Below, one piece after another: positions 9,779 to 19,362 of a stretch of 64,000 nucleotides of DNA. The stretch comes from Candidatus Pyrohabitans jungbluthii. Lineage in GTDB: Archaea > Hydrothermarchaeota > Hydrothermarchaeia > Hydrothermarchaeales > BMS3B. The notes beneath the pieces are model-generated. The model did no database searches, had not been told where the DNA came from, and was given only the letters and a program-made list of their open reading frames with translations. The stretch's first letter is position 1. The number at the start of each line of letters is the position of its first letter. A program made the position numbers and the translations under genes. Location of the stretch: NCBI GenBank assembly GCA_002010065.2, contig MTMD02000008.1, forward strand, positions 1-64,000, read 5' to 3'.

Positions 9779-10176
9779 CTTGCCTGGGCATACTTCTCTA
9801 TAATCTCATATAGCTTGTTGAAGTTTATAGGTTTTCCAATATGCGCATCGGCATGGGCATATTTAAGGCTTTTCTCTATATCCTCAGGCTCCTTCCGAAC
9901 AGAAAGAACTATTATGGGTATGTGGCAAGTTTTCTCATTCTCCTTTATCGCCTTGGCAGCTTCCCACCCGTTCATTGTGGGCATCATAACATCCATTACA
10001 ATTATATCTGGCTTAGCCTCTTTCACTTTTTCAATTGCCTCCTCGCCACTCAGGGAACTAATAACCTCGTAACCACGCCTCGATAAAACCTTATTTAAAA
10101 GGAGTACCACATCAGGGTCATCATCAACCACCATAACTTTTGTTGGTGATGTTGGTTTTTTCATTCCAGGTGCCAT
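9775..10176 (-). CDS. Single-domain response regulator
   Basis: VVDDD, DVMMP, KP receiver motifs. Confidence 0.9.
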   Translation of the reverse strand: MAPGMKKPTSPTKVMVVDDDPDVVLLLNKVLSRRGYEVISSLSGEEAIEKVKEAKPDIIVMDVMMPTMNGWEAAKAIKENEKTCHIPIIVLSVRKEPEDIEKSLKYAHADAHIGKPINFNKLYEIIEKYAQAS

Positions 10177-10403
10177 GTCTCCACCTTATATCCCTTATCC
10201 TTATCATAAAAATTTTTAGTTGTTGAATCTAATTCTTTTCAAATATTTTATCCGAATGTTTTATATATACTTTACGTTTAACTTTTTAAAATTTTTTCAA
10301 ATATTGTTGAGAAATTTTTACATGTTGTAAGGGAGGAAAATATTTATCCTCAAGATTATATATGGTAGGCTTGAAGTTACACTCAATGAGAGGTGATAGT
10401 TGA

Positions 10404-11234
10404 ATGAAGTTTTTAAAGATCATGGGAGTACTTTTCGCCTTTCTTTTAATTCTTGGAATTGTGGCTGTAAACATTGTTCTTTCCATTAAGGGTGACATAG
10501 AGGATATGCAGGATGAGAACCCTGCGATTTTCGTTGTAAACCCTGAGAATGGCGAGGTTGAGCTGGGAATTGCTATAAATAAAAAGGAAGGCGGTGTTGT
10601 GCTTGTAGACTCTGCCCAGAAGGTGGGTGACACCACCTTGAGAAACCTGTTTCAGAATTCAGAAAAATCTGGCGCAGATATGATAATAGGCAGCGCTGTC
10701 AAAGGCTATACCTACACAGAAGGAGAGATAAAAGAAAAGAGCGTTAAGGTGGACAGGGTTGTGCTGGTAGACGACATTGTAATTGCAGAAATTTTTGCCC
10801 TTGCAGGTGCCCAGAAAATTGAAATTGGCAAGAAGGGCGACCTCTTCTATGCCGAGCGGGTGGTGGACACTAATGAGCTACTTCAGATTTTGCGGGGCGA
10901 AATGGAAGGAATGGAGTGGGAAGTTTCAATATACAACCCTCTCCTCGGGAAGCCAGTTGCCAAGAAGATTACCACAGGTGAGCTTCTGAGCATAGCTGAG
11001 GATTTTGGTATTGAGATAGATAAAGATTTAATAAAGATTCTAATTCTGGCGCAGTTGGCAGATAAGGCAGCTCCTGTTCTGCGTAGTGATGAAATTAAAA
11101 TAGAAATTGTAAAGATAATGCTCAGGGAGTATAAAAATGGGAATATTAGGACGTACCCTGTGAACACCCTGACAAAAGCGATAAAATACATTCCAGAAGA
11201 GCAGCTTTTAAGCTTGCTGGAGGGGATGGAATGA
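10404..11234 (+). CDS. Membrane-anchored hypothetical protein
   Basis: N-terminal TM helix, GAGGTGA SD, ATGA overlap with next gene. Confidence 0.7.
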   Translation: MKFLKIMGVLFAFLLILGIVAVNIVLSIKGDIEDMQDENPAIFVVNPENGEVELGIAINKKEGGVVLVDSAQKVGDTTLRNLFQNSEKSGADMIIGSAVKGYTYTEGEIKEKSVKVDRVVLVDDIVIAEIFALAGAQKIEIGKKGDLFYAERVVDTNELLQILRGEMEGMEWEVSIYNPLLGKPVAKKITTGELLSIAEDFGIEIDKDLIKILILAQLADKAAPVLRSDEIKIEIVKIMLREYKNGNIRTYPVNTLTKAIKYIPEEQLLSLLEGME

Positions 11235-11779
11235 AGTATCTCCGGCTAACCTGGGAGGACATTGAGAGGCAGTGCCTAACCCTTGCCAAAAAAATTAAGG
11301 AGAGAAAGGTGCCCTTTGACCTGATAATAGGTATAGCCCGTGGAGGGTGGGTGCCTGCAAGGCTGCTCAGTGATATGCTTAACAACGATGAGGTGCACAG
11401 CATGAGGGTTAAATTCTACACAGGCATAGGCGAGGTTGCGGAAAAACCAGTGATTCTGCATCCAACGCAGATAGATGTTACAGGAAAGAAGGTGCTTCTC
11501 GTTGATGACATTGCCGACACTGGGAAGAGCCTGAGCATAGCCAAGGAGCACCTTGAGAAAAGAGGCGCGGGGGATATATTTGTTGTTACCCTGATTAAGA
11601 AGCCCCACTCCGAAATAAATCCGGACCTCTACGTGGAGGAGACAGACGCCTGGGTTATATTCCCCTGGGAGGTGAGGGAGACTGTGAGGCTGATACTAAA
11701 GAAAGCCAAGAGCAGGGAGGAAGCTGAGAAAGAGCTTGCGCAAGCCGGCCTCATGGGTGAAGAGTTTCTGGATTGTTAA
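11231..11779 (+). CDS. Type I phosphoribosyltransferase (purine salvage type)
   Basis: IARGG, LLVDDIADTG PRPP motif, WVIFPWE. Confidence 0.88.
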   Translation: MKYLRLTWEDIERQCLTLAKKIKERKVPFDLIIGIARGGWVPARLLSDMLNNDEVHSMRVKFYTGIGEVAEKPVILHPTQIDVTGKKVLLVDDIADTGKSLSIAKEHLEKRGAGDIFVVTLIKKPHSEINPDLYVEETDAWVIFPWEVRETVRLILKKAKSREEAEKELAQAGLMGEEFLDC

Positions 11780-11822
11780 TGATTTTTCATGTTAAATCTC
11801 CTCTGTTCTCTGAGGTGTGGCA

Positions 11823-13178
11823 ATGGAGCTTCCTGTTGATGTGGGCGTTATATATGAGGGAGAGCGCATATCAAGGGAAGATGCCTTCGTTGAGCTTGGG
11901 GGTAGTGAAACTGGGGTGGAGCTGCTCCGCGTAGTTTCTTCTGAGGAGATTGAAGATGGCGCTGTTAAGATCACAGGCGAGGATTTCTCTGGAATGGAGG
12001 AGGGCAAAGCTTATCCCTTTGGTCTGCTCGTAAGGATTGCCGGGGAGAAGCTTGAGGAGGATGTGGAGGGCGTACTCGAGCGCAGAATTCACGAGTTTGT
12101 CAATTACATCCAAGGGGTAATGCACCAGAATTCGAGGGACAGGGTGCTGGTGAGGGTTAGAAAGGATGCGGTGGCAAAGGGGCTAACCCTTACGGATATA
12201 GGCCGGGCCCTTATACAGCTTCTAAAGAAGGAGTACAGGGCGATTGAGAGGGCTGAGGTGCAGATCTTCACCCGCAAGGAAGAGGTCGAAAGCCTGCTCA
12301 CAGAGGCGAGGGAGGTTTACAGGAGGCGGGATGAAAAGGCGGCAAAGCTGAGGGATGAGGATGTGGATGTCTTCTATGGCTGCACCATGTGTCAGAATCA
12401 CGCCGCCAACCATGCGTGCATCATAGCTCCTTCCCGTGTCTCCGGCTGCGGGGTTATTTCATGGCTCGAGGCAAGGGCTGCTGTAAAGATAGGAGAGGGC
12501 GCTATCTTCGAGGTGCCAAAGGGGAAGGTGATAGACGAGAGCAAGGGTGAGTTTGAGGGTGTGAATAAAGCTATTGCAGACAAGAGCAGGGGCGCAACCA
12601 CGCGGCTCTACCTCCACAGCCTCTTTGATTATCCACACACCCAGTGCTCCTGCGCCCAAGCGATGGTGTTTTACATCCCTGAGGTGGATGGCTTCGGGAT
12701 TGTGGACTCAAACTTTAAGGGAAAAACGCCTTTCGGCATGAACTTCTCTACGCTCATAAAGCAGGTCGGGAACGGAAGCCAGCATCCGGGTTTCATAGGC
12801 ATAGGTCTTGCTTACTTGCGCTCCCCTAAATTCCTCCAGGGCGACGGCGGCTGGAGTCGCGTAGTCTGGATGCCCTCCCATCTTAAGGAAAGCCTCCGTG
12901 AGGTTATTCCACCGGAGATTTATGAAAGGATTGCCACAGAGAAAAAGGCAGAGGACCTTGAAGCTCTTGTGAAGTTTCTGGAGGAAAAGGGGTACAAGTT
13001 GCCATCAAAGGAGGAAGTGGCTGAGGAAGCGCCTGCTCAGGAGGCAGAAGAGGCTCAGCCTGCTGCCGCGCAGGTGGTGCATGCCCTTCCGAGGCGTCGC
13101 GTAACTGTGGCTTTTATAAATTCCACATTTCATTTTAAAAAATTAATAATTACCACCGAAAAAGAAAAAAATATTTAA
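11823..13178 (+). CDS. cdhC: Acetyl-CoA synthase beta subunit homologue, stand-alone and divergent
   Basis: YEGERI, LERRIHEFVNYIQG, FYGCTMC..HAC..CG, PHTQCSC, KFLQGDGGW.RVVWMP. Confidence 0.85.
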   Translation: MELPVDVGVIYEGERISREDAFVELGGSETGVELLRVVSSEEIEDGAVKITGEDFSGMEEGKAYPFGLLVRIAGEKLEEDVEGVLERRIHEFVNYIQGVMHQNSRDRVLVRVRKDAVAKGLTLTDIGRALIQLLKKEYRAIERAEVQIFTRKEEVESLLTEAREVYRRRDEKAAKLRDEDVDVFYGCTMCQNHAANHACIIAPSRVSGCGVISWLEARAAVKIGEGAIFEVPKGKVIDESKGEFEGVNKAIADKSRGATTRLYLHSLFDYPHTQCSCAQAMVFYIPEVDGFGIVDSNFKGKTPFGMNFSTLIKQVGNGSQHPGFIGIGLAYLRSPKFLQGDGGWSRVVWMPSHLKESLREVIPPEIYERIATEKKAEDLEALVKFLEEKGYKLPSKEEVAEEAPAQEAEEAQPAAAQVVHALPRRRVTVAFINSTFHFKKLIITTEKEKNI

Positions 13179-13238
13179 AGGGTTCAAATATTTTTAAAAG
13201 CAAATTTTTTATATTCTTCTGTGCATCAAAACTACTTG

Positions 13239-13616
13239 ATGGAAATTCTTCTTGTGGACGACGACGAGGGAGTAGGAGAGCTTGCCCAGCTTCTTCTGGT
13301 GAAGCGCGGGCATAGCGTGAAACGTGTTCTAACTGGAGAGGATTGTCTTGCTCTCCTTGACTCTGGGTATCACCCTGACCTTATTTTAATGGACATCTTT
13401 ATGCCAGGTAAGGATGGTCTCCAGATAACAAGAGAGATAAAAAGCAATCCGAGAACCAAGGATATACCTGTCCTGCTTTTCACTGTGATGGGCACAATAG
13501 ATGGTATAAAAGAAGCTGCTAAGAAGGCGGGCGCCGATGGTTATATAACCAAGCCCTTCGACAAGAGCGAGTTTCTTTCATACATCGAAAAACTTGCAAA
13601 ACTTGCAAAAGCATAA
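13239..13616 (+). CDS. Single-domain response regulator
   Basis: LVDDD, DIFMP, KPF. Confidence 0.9.
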   Translation: MEILLVDDDEGVGELAQLLLVKRGHSVKRVLTGEDCLALLDSGYHPDLILMDIFMPGKDGLQITREIKSNPRTKDIPVLLFTVMGTIDGIKEAAKKAGADGYITKPFDKSEFLSYIEKLAKLAKA

Positions 13617-13620
13617 TTTT

Positions 13621-13676
13621 GTCTCAGCGCTCATAGGGCTCATCATCCTTCAGTTCGCCCATCACTCATCATCGAC
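13621..13676 (-). ncRNA. Box C/D methylation-guide sRNA
   Basis: gtcg-ATGATGA-gtgatgggcgaa-CTGA-agg-ATGATGA-gccctatgagcg-CTGA-gac: perfect C, D', C', D boxes, two 12-nt guides, GTC/GAC terminal stem. Confidence 0.9.
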
Positions 13677-13738
13677 GTAATTTTTGGGATTTATATCCTC
13701 ATAAATGTATATCGTAATATCTGCCCTCTCAACCCAAC

Positions 13739-14536
13739 CTACTCCAGCAGCTTCATCGCCTCCTCCACGCTCGCTTCTTCATGCACTATGGCTGCGATTG
13801 CGCGAACAATTTTCGTGGGCGAGGGGTGCTGGAATATGTTTCTGCCTATGCTCGTGCCAGCTGCGCCAGCCTCTATCGCACCAGCCACCATCTCAAGCAC
13901 CTCGCGGTCGTTGCCCATTTTTGGTCCACCCGCTATTACCACAGGCACCGGGCAGCCCTTGACGACCTCCCTGAAGCTGTCCACGTCTCCGGTGTAGTTC
14001 GTTTTAACTATATCTGCGCCCAGCTCGGCGCCTACGCGGGCAGCATGCTTCACCACCTCAACGTCGTGCTCGCTCTCAATCTTCCTTCCCCGCGGATACA
14101 TCATCGCTAAGAGGGGCATGCCCCACTCTAGGCACTTCGCGCTTATCTCGCCAAGCTGAGAAAGCATCTTTGCCTCGTTATCGGCGCCAATATTAACATG
14201 AATGCTCACCGCGTCAGCGCCCAGCTTTATTGCCTCCTCAACGCTTGCCACGAGCACTTTGTGGTTGGGGTCTGGCGAAAGCGAAGTGCTCGCGCTGAGG
14301 TGCACTATTAACCCCAGGTCTCTCCCATAGCCACGGTGCCCGAAGATAGCAGCGCCCTTGTGCACAATAGCAGCGTTGGCTCCGCCCTCTGCGATGGCGT
14401 TTGCCATGCTCTTTATGTCAACTATGCCAGGGATTGGGCCAAGGCTAACCCCGTGGTCCATGGGCACGATTATCGTCTTACCTGTCCTGCGGTTGAATAT
14501 CCTCTCAAGTCTAACGCGCTTGCCTATCTCGCTCAT
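13739..14536 (-). CDS. aroA': 2-amino-3,7-dideoxy-D-threo-hept-6-ulosonate synthase (class I aldolase family)
   Basis: PMDHG, HLSAST, MMYPRG, ADIVKT, AGGP motifs; in operon with trp genes. Confidence 0.85.
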   Translation of the reverse strand: MSEIGKRVRLERIFNRRTGKTIIVPMDHGVSLGPIPGIVDIKSMANAIAEGGANAAIVHKGAAIFGHRGYGRDLGLIVHLSASTSLSPDPNHKVLVASVEEAIKLGADAVSIHVNIGADNEAKMLSQLGEISAKCLEWGMPLLAMMYPRGRKIESEHDVEVVKHAARVGAELGADIVKTNYTGDVDSFREVVKGCPVPVVIAGGPKMGNDREVLEMVAGAIEAGAAGTSIGRNIFQHPSPTKIVRAIAAIVHEEASVEEAMKLLE

Positions 14537-14540
14537 GCTC

Positions 14541-16004
14541 TCACCCCAGAAACTTTCTAACCCACGCAGCCTCTACGATATCCTTTTCCAGATTCTCAAG
14601 CCTTCCCGCCTTAATCGAAGCAATTATCCGCGAGGTAATCTCTACATGCGCCTCATCGCTCTCGTGCTCCACCAACGAGAGGTTCAACCTCTTCCACACA
14701 TCCTTGGGCAGGAGCTTCTCCACCTCTGGGTTAAAGTAGCGCAGCGCATCGCGCAGGTCTTCCTCGAAGTTGACGTACATGTCGCTTATAAAGTCGAGAT
14801 CGCGCTCCCTCAGAGCGCCCAGCCCCAGAAGCTCTGGAGGCAGGCCTATTGAGTACAGCGCTGCACAGAAAGGAATCGCCCTGGGAAGCGAGACATCACC
14901 CACCTCACGGGAGTAGCCGAATAAGCCTATGTGCAGCTTTCTTCTTCGCCTTGCAGGCACATGCTTCGCCACAAGGTTTATCAGCGGGGAGAGAAGCTTC
15001 ACAAGCTTGGCATACTCCTCGCTCACCTTGTTTATAATCTCAAGACACTTATCCTCGCTAACAAAGCGCGGCTGCCTTCGCTGCTTTGACTTAATTTCTT
15101 CGATAGCCTCGCGTACGAGATTTTCCGGGTAATCATACTTGAAGGCGCTCTGCACCGTGTAGGTCTGAACGCTTGGATACTCCCACAGGCAGTTGTAGAC
15201 GTTGGTGGGCTTAAAGTTGCCCCTGAAGGGCGCCGAGCCCACGCCGATTATTGGCAAAAGTTCAACGCTCAGCTTCTCAGCCAGCCTCCACAGGCGCTGG
15301 AGAGCTATCTTGTTGAGCAACACTGCACTCAGCGAGCCGTAGTTCATCGCAGGGTCGGAGCGCGCTAAGAAGACGCGCTGCGCAGAAATTCGCTTGTCGG
15401 CGAGGTACTCTTCGAGTATCGCATCGCTGCGCAGCATGCTTTCGCGGTCTTCGATAAGCGGAATAACATTGATCTCCTCAGGTTTGAAATCGCCTATCCA
15501 CTCTTTGATTTTTATATCTCCCTCGAAGAAGCGCTTTTCAGCCTTGCCTGAAACGAAGTTTTTGTAGTAATAATAAATGCGGTTCAGTGAGGCTGCGGAG
15601 GAGGTCATTGGCAGAATAACCTCAAAGATGGGCGCTACGTCCTCGCCGTAAAAGGCTCTTGCAATGTCGAAGTTGCGGGGTATGCTTTCGAGAGTCTCCA
15701 AAAGTATCTTCGCCTCTGTACGCTCTACCTCCGGATTAGGGACACGCAGGGTGAGGAATACCTCTCTCCCCAGCCTTCTGCTACGAAAGAAACGCTCATA
15801 GCGGGAGAGCAACTTCTCCACTACAAAGTTGTCAACCTCCTTGCCCTCGCAGTCCCACATCTGTTCTTCTATGCCAAGGTGGGAGAAGGCATAGTAGGCT
15901 TCCTGAATCTCGTCCTCGCCCGCGAGCACACTGTTATGCGCAAAGAAGGGTGTTGTTACGTTGTCTGGATGCTGGGTGCTCATGCAGCGCGGCACTACTC
16001 GCAT
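14541..16004 (-). CDS. ppcA: Archaeal-type phosphoenolpyruvate carboxylase
   Basis: [38 protein letters not shown]. Confidence 0.95.
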   Translation of the reverse strand: MRVVPRCMSTQHPDNVTTPFFAHNSVLAGEDEIQEAYYAFSHLGIEEQMWDCEGKEVDNFVVEKLLSRYERFFRSRRLGREVFLTLRVPNPEVERTEAKILLETLESIPRNFDIARAFYGEDVAPIFEVILPMTSSAASLNRIYYYYKNFVSGKAEKRFFEGDIKIKEWIGDFKPEEINVIPLIEDRESMLRSDAILEEYLADKRISAQRVFLARSDPAMNYGSLSAVLLNKIALQRLWRLAEKLSVELLPIIGVGSAPFRGNFKPTNVYNCLWEYPSVQTYTVQSAFKYDYPENLVREAIEEIKSKQRRQPRFVSEDKCLEIINKVSEEYAKLVKLLSPLINLVAKHVPARRRRKLHIGLFGYSREVGDVSLPRAIPFCAALYSIGLPPELLGLGALRERDLDFISDMYVNFEEDLRDALRYFNPEVEKLLPKDVWKRLNLSLVEHESDEAHVEITSRIIASIKAGRLENLEKDIVEAAWVRKFLG

Positions 16005-16038
16005 TTCTGCGCCTCCTTCGTGGGATACCTGCCCATAT

Positions 16039-16614
16039 TCACAACTCCAGGAAATTCCTGATAATCTTTTTGCCCTCGCTGGTTAAAATGCTCTCCGGAT
16101 GAAACTGCACTCCCTCGATGGCATACCTGCGGTGGCGCACCCCCATAACCACGTCGTCGCCAAGGCTTCGAGCGGTAACCTCGAGTTCAGGGGGAAGCGT
16201 CTCCTCGACTATCGCCAGCGAGTGGTAGCGCGTTGCGATGAAGGGGTTGGCTATGCCTTCATAAATCCCCTTACCGTCATGGGTAATCTTGCTCACCTTG
16301 CCGTGCATCAGCGTCTTAGCTCTGGCTACCTTGGCGCCGAAAGCAACACCTATCGCCTGGTGCCCCAGGCAAACGCCCAGAATAGGGATGCTCCTCCCCA
16401 GCTCTCTTATAACCTCCACGCTCACGCCTGCTTTCTCAGGCACTCCAGGACCTGGGGATATTATTATTCTGTCCGGCTTTAGTTTCTTTATCTCCTCTAT
16501 GCTCACGTGGTTTCTCTTTACAACTACGTCTGCGCCAAGCTCTCCCACGTATTGATACAGGTTATACACGAAGCTGTCTATGTTGTCTATAATGAGCACT
16601 CTCATTTTATCCAC
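16039..16614 (-). CDS. trpG: Anthranilate synthase component II
   Basis: IDNIDSF, SPGPG, GVCLGHQ, QFHPES. Confidence 0.93.
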   Translation of the reverse strand: MDKMRVLIIDNIDSFVYNLYQYVGELGADVVVKRNHVSIEEIKKLKPDRIIISPGPGVPEKAGVSVEVIRELGRSIPILGVCLGHQAIGVAFGAKVARAKTLMHGKVSKITHDGKGIYEGIANPFIATRYHSLAIVEETLPPELEVTARSLGDDVVMGVRHRRYAIEGVQFHPESILTSEGKKIIRNFLEL

Positions 16615-18067
16615 CCGCCAGCTCTATAGCGCGGAGCATCGCCTTTCCCTTATTTCTCGTCTCCTCATACTCCCGCTCTGGTACTGAGTCAGCGACAATG
16701 CCTGCGCCCGCCTGCACGTAGGCTTTGCCGTCCTGAATAACTATGGTGCGAATTGCTATGGCGAAGTCCATCTCGCCAGCGAAGGAGAAATAGCCAACCG
16801 CACCTGCGTATACGCCTCGCCTTGTTGGCTCAAGCTCCTCTATAATCTGCATCGCTCTCACCTTGGGCGCGCCGCTCACTGTACCTGCGGGAAAGCACGC
16901 TTCTAGGGCGTCGAAGGCGTCCTTATCCTCACGAAGCTCTCCCATCACGTTGCTCACTATGTGCTGCACGTGGGAGTACTTCTCTATGGTCATGAACTCG
17001 TCCACGATGACGCTTCCGAAGCGCGCCACTTTACCCACGTCGTTCCTCCCCAAATCCACCAGCATTACATGCTCCGCTCTCTCCTTGGGGTCGTTCACCA
17101 TCTCCCTTGCGAGAGCCTCGTCCTCCACCACATCCCTGCCTCTCGGGCGCGTGCCAGCGATGGGGCGCACTATAACCTTGCCCTTCTCCACGCGCACCAG
17201 TATCTCTGGAGAAGAGCCAACTATCGCCTTGTCACCCAGCTCAAGGCAGTACATGTAGGGGGAGGGGTTGATTTCCTTAAGTGCTAGGTAGGCGATGAAG
17301 GCATCGCCGCTGAAGGGCACCTCAAAGCGCTGGCTCAGCACCACCTGAAATATATCGCCGGCAAAGATGTACTCCTTGGCTTTTGCCACAGCCGCCTCGA
17401 AGGCTTCTCGCGTGAAGTTGCTCTTAACTTCGAGACTCTTCTTACCTTGTGGGGAGGAGTGGATTGGCTTTGCACGCTTCAATGTAGCTTCAAGCTTATC
17501 CAGCGCCTCAACAGCGCGAGCGTACTCAGCTTCAAGCTCTTCCTCGCCTTCCAGAATTAGATTGGAGATGAGCAAGACCTCCTCGCGCCAATGGTCGAAG
17601 GCGATCAAATCCTTAGCAAGAAGGAAGAGGGCATCCTCGTGGTGCAGGTCGTCCTTCGTGGCGTTGCCAATCTCCTCGAAGTAGCGCACCACATCGTAGG
17701 CAAAGAAGCCGATAAGCCCGCCGAAGAACTTGGGCAGCTTTTCTCCAAGAACCTCATAGTCAACGAAGCGGCGAAGCGCTCGGAGCGGGTTCTCCTCTAT
17801 CCTCTCTTCCCCGCCGGTAACACGGAGCACTCCATCCTTAAGTGATATAACCTCTTCTGGCTCAGCGCCAAGGAAGGAGTAGCGCGCTATCTTCTCCCCG
17901 AAAATCGCGGATTCGAGAAGAAAGGAGTAGCTAGCGTTACTGCGAAGCGCTGCGTAGACGTCAGTTGGCTTGAGGCGGTCGATGGGAAACCTGCGAATAA
18001 GCGGCACTACGCATCGCCGCCGACCTGCGACGAGGCTTCGCACCTCCTCTAAGCCAAGCTCACGCAT
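16607..18067 (-). CDS. trpE: Anthranilate synthase component I
   Basis: LLES, NPSPYM, PIAGT, EHVMLVDLGRND, PAGTVSGAPK. Confidence 0.93.
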   Translation of the reverse strand: MRELGLEEVRSLVAGRRRCVVPLIRRFPIDRLKPTDVYAALRSNASYSFLLESAIFGEKIARYSFLGAEPEEVISLKDGVLRVTGGEERIEENPLRALRRFVDYEVLGEKLPKFFGGLIGFFAYDVVRYFEEIGNATKDDLHHEDALFLLAKDLIAFDHWREEVLLISNLILEGEEELEAEYARAVEALDKLEATLKRAKPIHSSPQGKKSLEVKSNFTREAFEAAVAKAKEYIFAGDIFQVVLSQRFEVPFSGDAFIAYLALKEINPSPYMYCLELGDKAIVGSSPEILVRVEKGKVIVRPIAGTRPRGRDVVEDEALAREMVNDPKERAEHVMLVDLGRNDVGKVARFGSVIVDEFMTIEKYSHVQHIVSNVMGELREDKDAFDALEACFPAGTVSGAPKVRAMQIIEELEPTRRGVYAGAVGYFSFAGEMDFAIAIRTIVIQDGKAYVQAGAGIVADSVPEREYEETRNKGKAMLRAIELAGG

Positions 18068-18803
18068 GCACAAGCCTCCTCGTCGCTTCCTCTATGTCCT
18101 CGCTGCGCATTATGCTGGTGCCAATCAGCGCTGCATCGCAATAGCGAAGCACACGCTTTAACTCTTCTCCACTGGAAATGCCTGAGGCAGAGATTTTTAT
18201 GCCTTTCACAAGCTTCCCGAGCCTCTCGCTGCGCGAGATGTCAATCTCCAGTGTGTCCTTGTTGCGGTTATTTATCACGTAGATGCGTGCGCCGCAGCGT
18301 TGTGCCAGCTTTACGTCCTGTGGAGAGTGAACCTCCACCAGAGGCTCCATTCCGAAGTACCTGCACCTTTCAATTAGCGCGCTTAACTCAGCTTCCGAGA
18401 AAAAGCTGGAGATGAGTAGCACCGAGTCTGCCCCGTAATGATAAGCCTCATCCACCTGCGAGGGGTCGAAGATAAAGTCCTTGCGCAGCACTGGTAAGGA
18501 GGTTGCACGCGTCGCCTGCTTCAGGTATTCGAGCTCCCCCCTGAAGTACTTCTTCTCGGTGAGTACTGAAATTGCACAGGCCCCGCCCCGCTCCATCGCC
18601 TTGGCAATTTCCTCAACGCCGCCTGGCTCGCGTATCTCACCCCGAGGCGAGGCAAACTTTATTTCCGCAATCACTGGATTAACTCCTTGCCTTTTAGCTG
18701 CAAGAATCGCTTCTTCGAAGTTGCGCGGTTTCCTTTTGGGCTCTACCTTGGTCTCAAATCTCTTATACCGCCTTTTGCAGTCAGCCAGTATCTCAGCAAA
18801 CAT
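18060..18803 (-). CDS. trpC: Indole-3-glycerol phosphate synthase
   Basis: IAEIKFASP, SVLTE, LRKDF, LVEVH, INNRN. Confidence 0.93.
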   Translation of the reverse strand: MFAEILADCKRRYKRFETKVEPKRKPRNFEEAILAAKRQGVNPVIAEIKFASPRGEIREPGGVEEIAKAMERGGACAISVLTEKKYFRGELEYLKQATRATSLPVLRKDFIFDPSQVDEAYHYGADSVLLISSFFSEAELSALIERCRYFGMEPLVEVHSPQDVKLAQRCGARIYVINNRNKDTLEIDISRSERLGKLVKGIKISASGISSGEELKRVLRYCDAALIGTSIMRSEDIEEATRRLVHA

Positions 18804-18810
18804 TTTTTAA

Positions 18811-18844
18811 TCACCAATGATTATTATTGTTCATCAATGAACAA
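18811..18844 (-). promoter_or_regulatory. trp leader: hairpin plus Trp-codon uORF (MNNNNHW*)
   Basis: ATG AAC AAT AAT AAT CAT TGG TGA at 18834-18811; its ATG lies in inverted repeat TTGTTCAT-N2-ATGAACAA (18827-18844); TTTAAATA box at 18880-18873. Confidence 0.4.
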
Positions 18845-18904
18845 CAAGAGCTATTATAGTGTGGTGCATGGGTATTTAAATGTTACGGCTAGCTAAAAAT
18901 AAAA

Positions 18905-19360
18905 TTAAACTCGCCCTTTCGTGGAGTACATGAGCGTTGAGGCTCCTGCAATTAAACCCGCGATGGCGTCATCCACGAAAGGGCCGAGGGAAGATAGCAC
19001 ACCTGGTTTAGCCATGTCAAAGCGAACGTATTCGAACCTTGCCCTTGTGCCGGCGATGTACTCTGCGATTGCCATGCCTATAATCTCATCAGCAACTATA
19101 AACACCGCATCCTTCTCGTAGGCTTTGCTGGAAATGCCATAGAGTTCCCCACGCGCAGCCTTTTCTTCAAGGGCAAAGGCAGCCTCAAGCAGAGCACACA
19201 CGTTAGCATCCTCAAGGAGCGAGTCAAAAATTTTACTCAGAACCTGCTCTGCGCGCTCCCTGCTCTCTATCTCCGGGTGGGGAACAAAGAGTTCAAGGCA
19301 GGTGGAGATAAGCTTCTCCTTGGTTATACCTCTTTCAGCGAGCGTGTTGAGGTAGCTCAT
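18905..19360 (-). CDS. cobZ: Alpha-ribazole phosphatase CobZ (PgpA-like)
   Basis: D.NV, VADEIIGMAIAEYIAG, FEYVRFD..KPG, FVDDAIAG; last gene of cob operon. Confidence 0.8.
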   Translation of the reverse strand: MSYLNTLAERGITKEKLISTCLELFVPHPEIESRERAEQVLSKIFDSLLEDANVCALLEAAFALEEKAARGELYGISSKAYEKDAVFIVADEIIGMAIAEYIAGTRARFEYVRFDMAKPGVLSSLGPFVDDAIAGLIAGASTLMYSTKGRV

Positions 19361-19362
19361 GT

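Noticed and set aside
10184-10206. CCTTAT repeated three times
   Set aside because: Too short and low-complexity; not a CRISPR or iteron array
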